From contig JAYZQJ010000128.1 in NCBI GenBank assembly GCA_036149055.1, forward strand, positions 1 through 64,000: DNA of 64,000 bases, given 5' to 3'. How positions within the stretch are numbered: position 1 is the stretch's first letter; every line of letters starts with the position of its first letter. Both the position numbers and the translations under genes were made by a program. The notes below the pieces were generated by a model. The model was not told the DNA's origin. It saw only the letters and a list, made by a program, of their open reading frames with translations, and made no database searches. This DNA is from Myxococcota bacterium. Its GTDB lineage: Bacteria; Myxococcota_A; Polyangia; Polyangiales; Sandaracinaceae. Below are positions 57,629-64,000 of this stretch, in pieces.

Positions 57629-60549
57629 ATGCGGTGGTTCTTGGCTTGCCTCGCGGCGCTCGCCGTCGGCTGCGAGAGCGGGTGCCTCGATGGTGAAGAG
57701 GGGTGCGTGATCGCCTCGCCCTGCGCGGAGCTCGCCTTCGAGTGCGACGCGCCGCGGGTGGAGGTCCGGATCCTCGAGGCGGGGGATCCGATCCCGGGCG
57801 GGATCGACGCGCTCGCGGCGCCCGGCGACGTGATCCTGACCAACGGCGTGGCGACGGCGGTGATCGACGCGATCGATCACCCGCACTACGTCGCGCCGAC
57901 CGGCGGCAACCTGCTGGACCTGGTCAGCGCGAGCGGCGACGACGACTCGCTCACGCACGTGTTCCAGGCGGTGGGGCTCCTGCCCGAGGACTCGTTCGCC
58001 TACGAGCGGCTGACGATCGAGCGCGGTGACATCGAGCGCGGTGACGGGGTGGCGGCGGTGCAGGTGGTCGGCGCGCTCGCGGGCTGGCCCGACGTGCGGG
58101 TCGCGACCCGCTACGAGATGCGCCCCTGCGAGCCGGGGATCCGGGTGCGCACCGAGATGCGACACGCCGGGCCGGAGCCGCGCAGCTGGGCGCTGGTCGA
58201 CGCCTGGTACTGGAGCGGGCGCGAGGCGGTGCCCTTCGCGCCGGGGCGCGGCTTCGACCAGCCGGGCATCGTCTCGCCGGTGCACGAGTCGTGGGAGGCG
58301 CAGCCCTGGTTCGCCGCCGCCGCGCACGCCACGCCCGCCGCGAGCTACGTGGAGATCGCCTGCGACGAGCGCGAGCTCTTCGGCTTCCACTCGGAGCAGA
58401 TCACCGGCGTGGGGCGCGCGCCGCGGGTCGCGCAGCCGGGCACGGTGGAGGTCTTCGAGCGCTTCATCGGCGTGGCGCCCGGCCGCTCGATCGCGCCCGC
58501 CTCGGACATCGCCGCCGCCGTCCGCACCCAGGCACACGACGAGCGCTACGTCACCCTGAGCGGCGTCGTCGAGGGCGACGGGCTGGGCGACGAGGCGCGC
58601 GCGACCCTGCAGATCGCCCGCGGCGGCGAGCCCTACACCCAGATCACGCCCGACGCGGAGGGGCGGTGGTCGGCGCGGGTGCCGCACCGGGGCGAGTACA
58701 TGGTGCGCCTCGAGGCGTTCGGCCGCCCGGTGGACGAGGCGACGCTGACGCTGACCGGCGAGGACGCGGTCGCGCCGACGCTCACCGCCGCGCCCGCCGC
58801 CTCGCTGACGCTCGCGGTGACGGTCGACGGAGCGGCCGACCACGCGCAGGTGCTGCTCTACCCGGCCGACGACGCGACCGAGGACGCGGTGGTCGCGAAG
58901 CTGTTCGACTCCTTCACCGACTGCGCGCCGCTCCTCGGGGCGCCGCACGGCGGCTCGCCGGCGTGCAACCGGGTGCTGGTGCGCGAGCCGGTGACGGTGC
59001 GCCTGCCCGCGGGCCGCTACGACCTGTTCGCGACCGGCGGCCCGTTCGTCAGCGTGGCCCGGGAGACGGTGACCCTCGGCGAGGGCGAGGCGCGCGAGGT
59101 GACGCTCGCGATCGAGCGGCTCGACGCGCAGCCCGCCGGCACGCTCGGCAGCGACTTCCACGTGCACGGCGGCGCGAGCTTCGACTCGACGGTCCCCGAC
59201 TTCGACCGCGTGCAGGCGTTCCTCGCCGCCAACGTCGACGTGATCGTCGCCACCGATCACGACGTCGTCTGGGACTACGCGGACGCGCGCGAGGCGCTCG
59301 GCGCCGACGACCGGATGCAGATCCTCGTGGGGCTCGAGACGACCGGGCACGTGCTCTTCGATCTCACGCCGGGCAACGACATCCCGCAGGTCATCGGGCA
59401 CTGGAACGTCTGGCCGCTCGCCTTCGAGCCGTCCGGGCCGTACCGCGGCGCGCCCTGGGACGAGCTGGTCGAGCCGGGGGCGCTCTTCGATCGCTTCGTC
59501 GAGGCCGGCTGGCCGCGCGAGACCGGGATCATCCAGCTCAACCACCCGTGGGCCGCCGCGCAGTTCGGGCGCGACCTCGGCTTCCCGCGCGCGGTCGGCG
59601 TCGACGCGCGCGAGCCGCTGCCGACCGAGTTCGACGGCACCGGGCAGTCGATGATCCTGCGGACCCCGCCGGGCGCGAGCTTCGGCAACGCCGACTACCA
59701 CGCGCAGGAGGTGATGAACGGGACCGAGAACGAGGACCTGCTCCCGTACCGGGCCTACTGGTTCTACCTGCTCGATCAAGGCATCTTGCGCGCGGGCACC
59801 GCCAACAGCGACTCGCACGGCCTGGTCGACAACGTGCTCGGCACGCCGCGCACCCTGGTCTACACGGACGTGACGCTCGACGCGTTCGACGAGGAGGCCT
59901 TCCACGCCGCCATCCGGGCCGGGCGCATGACGGGCACGAACGGCCCGGTGATCGAGGCGTCGATCGGCGCGCGCGGCCCCTCGCTCGAGCCGTTCACCCC
60001 GGAGGCGGGCGCGGCGCTCTCGATCCGGGTGAGCGCGGCCGCGTGGGTGCCGGTCGACGAGATCCGGATCGTGGTGAACGGGGAGGTCGCGCGCACCCTG
60101 GCGGCCGAGCTGACCCACCCCGCCGACCCGCTCGCCCCCGAGGTGGTCACGCGCTTCGAGGGAGAGATCGCCCTGAGCGAGCTGGTCCCGGGCGGCGAGG
60201 ACGCGTGGATCGTGGTCGAGGCGGGCGCGCCGCTGCCGCTCAGCGGAGACCTGGACTGCGACGGGATCCCCGACACCAGCGACAACACCGGCGACGGCGT
60301 GGTCGACTGGCGCGACGTGGACCGCAACGACGACGACGTGGTCGACGCGCTCGACCTCGAGGAGGGCGAGCCCGACGCCTGCGACCCGGACCAGGAGCTC
60401 GGGCCGATCGGCCACGCGGCCCGGCCGGACCGGGGCAGCGCGGCCTACGTGTTCTGGGCGGTGACCCCGGGCGGGTACCCGGCGGCGTTCACCAACCCGA
60501 TGGTGATCGACTGGGGCGGGGACGGGTTCGACGCGCCGGGGGTGCGGCG

Positions 60550-60553
<4 letters not shown>
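57629..60553 (+). CDS. PHP-like (CehA/McbA-type) metallohydrolase lipoprotein
   Basis: Lipobox LAVGC. PGDVILTNG, DFHVH, TDHD, GHWN, LNHP, EVMNG, NSDSH, TNGP and AFTNP. Confidence 0.88.
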
Positions 60554-61622
<1,069 letters not shown>

Positions 61623-61623
<1 letters not shown>

Positions 61624-61640
61624 GCCGGGCGGCTTTTTTT
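61623..61640 (+). terminator. Intrinsic terminator-like hairpin + U7
   Basis: AGCC-GGGC-GGCT followed by a T-run, directly after the stop. The stem is short. Confidence 0.5.
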
Positions 61641-61642
61641 AC

Positions 61643-61822
61643 TCTCGCAAAGGCGCGAAGCCGCAGAGGGGCTGACGGGCAGCGGGGTGGAGGCTCGCCG
61701 CCGGATTCCGAGCTGCGATTGAATTTCTCGCAGAGGCGCAGAGACGCAGAGGCGCTGGGGGGCGGCGGGGTGGAGGGTCGCCGCCGGGTTCCGAGCGGCA
61801 GTTCGTTGCTCGCAGGGGGGCG
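61643..61822. repeat. About 83-bp imperfect tandem repeat (2 copies + partial third) with CGCAGAG-type heads
   Basis: TCTCGCAAAGGCGCGAAGCCGCAGAGG (61643) vs TCTCGCAGAGGCGCAGAGACGCAGAGG (61726). Both copies also share GCGGGGTGGAGGnTCGCCGCCGGnTTCCGAGC. Confidence 0.8.
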
Positions 61823-61824
61823 CG

Positions 61825-62343
61825 TCACTGGCGGACAAAGGTGACGCGGTAGCGCACGGGGGCGCCCAGGCGCTCGCTCTCGAGGCGCACGTCGAGCAGG
61901 AGGCGGCGGCCGTCCTCGGACAGGCGGTAGACGGTCGTGTTGACGCCGTTCTCGCCCCGGGCGGTGACCACCAGGCGCTCGCCGTCGCGGCGCACGGTCA
62001 TGACGCCGGACCCGCGCTCGCCGGAGACCTCCGTCGGGGTGCCGTCGGTGGGGAGCGTGACGTTGCGGCCGTTCGCGCCGAAGGTGACGCGCACGCCCTG
62101 GTCGGTCACCCGCAGGAGCGGCGGCGGCTGGGTCGCAGACCGGATGCGGCCGCGCGCGGCGCCGCGCACGAAGACGTTCAGGCTCTCGGTCGCCCGGTCG
62201 ATCGCCGCGTAGCGCGCGTCGCGCTCGGCTTCGCTGCCGCTGGGGCGCCAGTCGCCCGAGAAGCCGGGCTGCGCGGAGGCCGAGGCCGCCATCGTCAGCC
62301 CGAGGATCACCGCGAGCGCTCCATGAATGGGTTCCACCTTCAC
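61825..62343 (-). CDS. Hypothetical secreted beta-rich (lipocalin-like) protein
   Basis: Signal peptide ASA-Q, FSGDW...YRLSEDGRRL...YRVTF. Confidence 0.7.
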   Translation of the reverse strand: MKVEPIHGALAVILGLTMAASASAQPGFSGDWRPSGSEAERDARYAAIDRATESLNVFVRGAARGRIRSATQPPPLLRVTDQGVRVTFGANGRNVTLPTDGTPTEVSGERGSGVMTVRRDGERLVVTARGENGVNTTVYRLSEDGRRLLLDVRLESERLGAPVRYRVTFVRQ

Positions 62344-62456
62344 CCTTCACACTGTGGTCCGCGTGGACGGGCCCACGCAACGACTCCTGCGCTGCGTTTC
62401 GTAGCGAACTGTAGAGGGCCTTGATCGCCCTCGGGGGGCGCGATCACGATGCGGGG

Positions 62457-63161
62457 GTGAGCTCGACGTCCGACGGCGAGAGGCGCCTGCTGCTCGTCGA
62501 GGACGACGACGCGCTCGCGGCCCTGCTCGCGGAGTACCTCGGTCAGCGCGGGCTGTCGGTGTCGCGGGTGGCCACGGGCCACGAGGGCGTCGCGCGCATC
62601 CTCGAGGAGAAGCCCGACCTCGTCGTCCTCGACCTCATGCTGCCCGGGCTCGACGGGCTCGACGTCTGCCGCCGCGTCCGCGCCGAATACGAGGGCGCCA
62701 TCCTCATGCTCACCGCGAGCCAGAGCGAAGCCGACCATGTCGCCGCGCTCGAGATCGGCGCCGACGACTTCGTGACCAAGCCGATCGAGCCGCGGGTCCT
62801 GCTCGCCCGCATCCGCACCCAGCTGCGGCGCCTCGAGCCCGCCCCGCGCGAGGAGGCGAGGACCGTCGAGGTCGGCCCGCTGCACATCGACACCGCGGCG
62901 CGCGAGGTCCGGGTCGACGGCCGCGAGGTGTCGCTGACCTCGATGGAGTACGACGTGTTGCTCATGCTCGCACGGGGCGCCGGGACCGTGGTCCAGCGCG
63001 AGGACCTCTACGCCCAGGTCATGGGCACGAGCTACGACGGCCTCGATCGCGGCATGGACGTGCACGTCAGCCGGGTGCGCAAGAAGCTGCAGCGCTCGGG
63101 CTTCGACACCGCCCAGCTGAGGTCGGTGCGCGGGGTCGGCTACCTGCTGGTGCCCCGATGA
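62457..63161 (+). CDS. OmpR-family response regulator (RstA-like)
   Basis: LLVEDD, LDLMLPGLDG, GADDFVTKP and RSVRGVGY. Confidence 0.95.
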   Translation: MSSTSDGERRLLLVEDDDALAALLAEYLGQRGLSVSRVATGHEGVARILEEKPDLVVLDLMLPGLDGLDVCRRVRAEYEGAILMLTASQSEADHVAALEIGADDFVTKPIEPRVLLARIRTQLRRLEPAPREEARTVEVGPLHIDTAAREVRVDGREVSLTSMEYDVLLMLARGAGTVVQREDLYAQVMGTSYDGLDRGMDVHVSRVRKKLQRSGFDTAQLRSVRGVGYLLVPR

Positions 63162-64000
63162 TCGCGATGCGCCGCTCCTTCGTCCGGCTGGTCGTCAGCA
63201 CCGTGCTCCTGTGCTGGGTGGTGGGCGGCGTCATCGTCTTCGCCTACGCGCGCAGCCTGTCCTGGACCGACGAGCGCGCGCGAGAGGAGGGAGTGTTCCT
63301 GATCCACGCGCTCCTCGACGAGACGCCGGCCGCCGAGCGGGAGGCGCGGCTGGGCGCGCTGCGGTCCCACACGTCGGTCCCGCTCGCGCTGATGCCCCGG
63401 GCCGAGGTGGAGCGACGCGTCGGCCGACCCGCGCGCCCGGGCGAGGCGATCCCGCTGCGCGCCTCGGCCCGCGAGGAGTGGTACTTCCTCGTCTTCGGCG
63501 ACGGGGAGCGCGCGCTCGCCGCCGGCCCGGTGAACCCTGCGCACCCGCGCGGCTTCGTGCCCATCGGCGTCATCCTGCTGATCCTCGGGGTGCCGGTGCT
63601 GGCGGCGTGGATCGCGCTGCGGGTGGAGCGCCGGCTCACCAAGGTCGAGCGGGCGAGCCAGGCGCTGGCGACCGGCGAGCTGACGGCGCGCGTCGACGAT
63701 CCGGACAGCGAGCTGGCGGCGAGCTTCAACGAGATGGCCGAGCGGGTGGAGGGGCTGATCCGCAGCCGCCACGAGCTGGTGCAGGCCGTGTCCCACGAGC
63801 TGGGGTCGCCGCTGAGCCGGCTGCGCTTCCACCTCGAGCTGCTCGAGGGGCGCGCGGACGAGGCGCGGGTGGCGGCGATGGCGCGGGAGCTCGACGCGCT
63901 CGACGAGCTCGTGGCCGAGCTCCTCTCCTACGTGCAGTCGGACGACGTCGCGCTCGACCGCGCCGACTTCGCGCCGCGGACCGCGCTGAGCGACCTGGCC
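63158..64000 (+). CDS. Sensor histidine kinase (2 TM, HAMP, HisKA), truncated by the window end
   Basis: Translated by hand from ATG 63158: MIAMRRSFVRLVV..., ELAASFNEMAERVE and AVSHELGSPLSRLRF (H-box). Confidence 0.92.
   Translation, partial: MIAMRRSFVRLVVSTVLLCWVVGGVIVFAYARSLSWTDERAREEGVFLIHALLDETPAAEREARLGALRSHTSVPLALMPRAEVERRVGRPARPGEAIPLRASAREEWYFLVFGDGERALAAGPVNPAHPRGFVPIGVILLILGVPVLAAWIALRVERRLTKVERASQALATGELTARVDDPDSELAASFNEMAERVEGLIRSRHELVQAVSHELGSPLSRLRFHLELLEGRADEARVAAMARELDALDELVAELLSYVQSDDVALDRADFAPRTALSDLA

Overview
A very GC-rich, gene-dense chromosomal window with no rRNA, tRNA, CRISPR array or transposase that I can recognise. A MYXO-CTERM tail, DUF2378-like and AgmX-like proteins, many Cys-rich lipoproteins with D-A/S-G linkers and a Hanks-type kinase point to a myxobacterium, probably Polyangiales/Sandaracinaceae-like (inference). 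About 52 CDS are supported, and most long ORFs in the track are antisense or off-frame shadows. Recognisable core genes are a SahR-like regulator with metH, a cNMP-domain thioredoxin-reductase-like protein, bestrophin, rhomboid, GST, a PaaI thioesterase, two radical SAM enzymes and an OmpR/histidine kinase pair. The best candidate for an undescribed system is a four-gene exported operon (31097-40066). It combines a vitellogenin/MTP-like lipid-transfer-type protein, a large lipoprotein with a C-type-lectin-like insert in a long beta-sheet region, a lipoprotein whose papain-like domain has Ser in place of the expected Cys, and a small CBM-like lipoprotein. Second is a translationally coupled trans-envelope signalling operon (adenylate cyclase, Ser/Thr kinase, LysM-FecR protein, TraB-like OmpA) lying divergent from a TraA-like MYXO-CTERM protein. 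Non-coding signals include a 155-bp strand-biased palindrome, a 310-bp element rich in mini-hairpins, an 83-bp tandem repeat, a SahR-type operator and many apparently leaderless genes. All domain calls come from reading motifs by eye, not from database searches.
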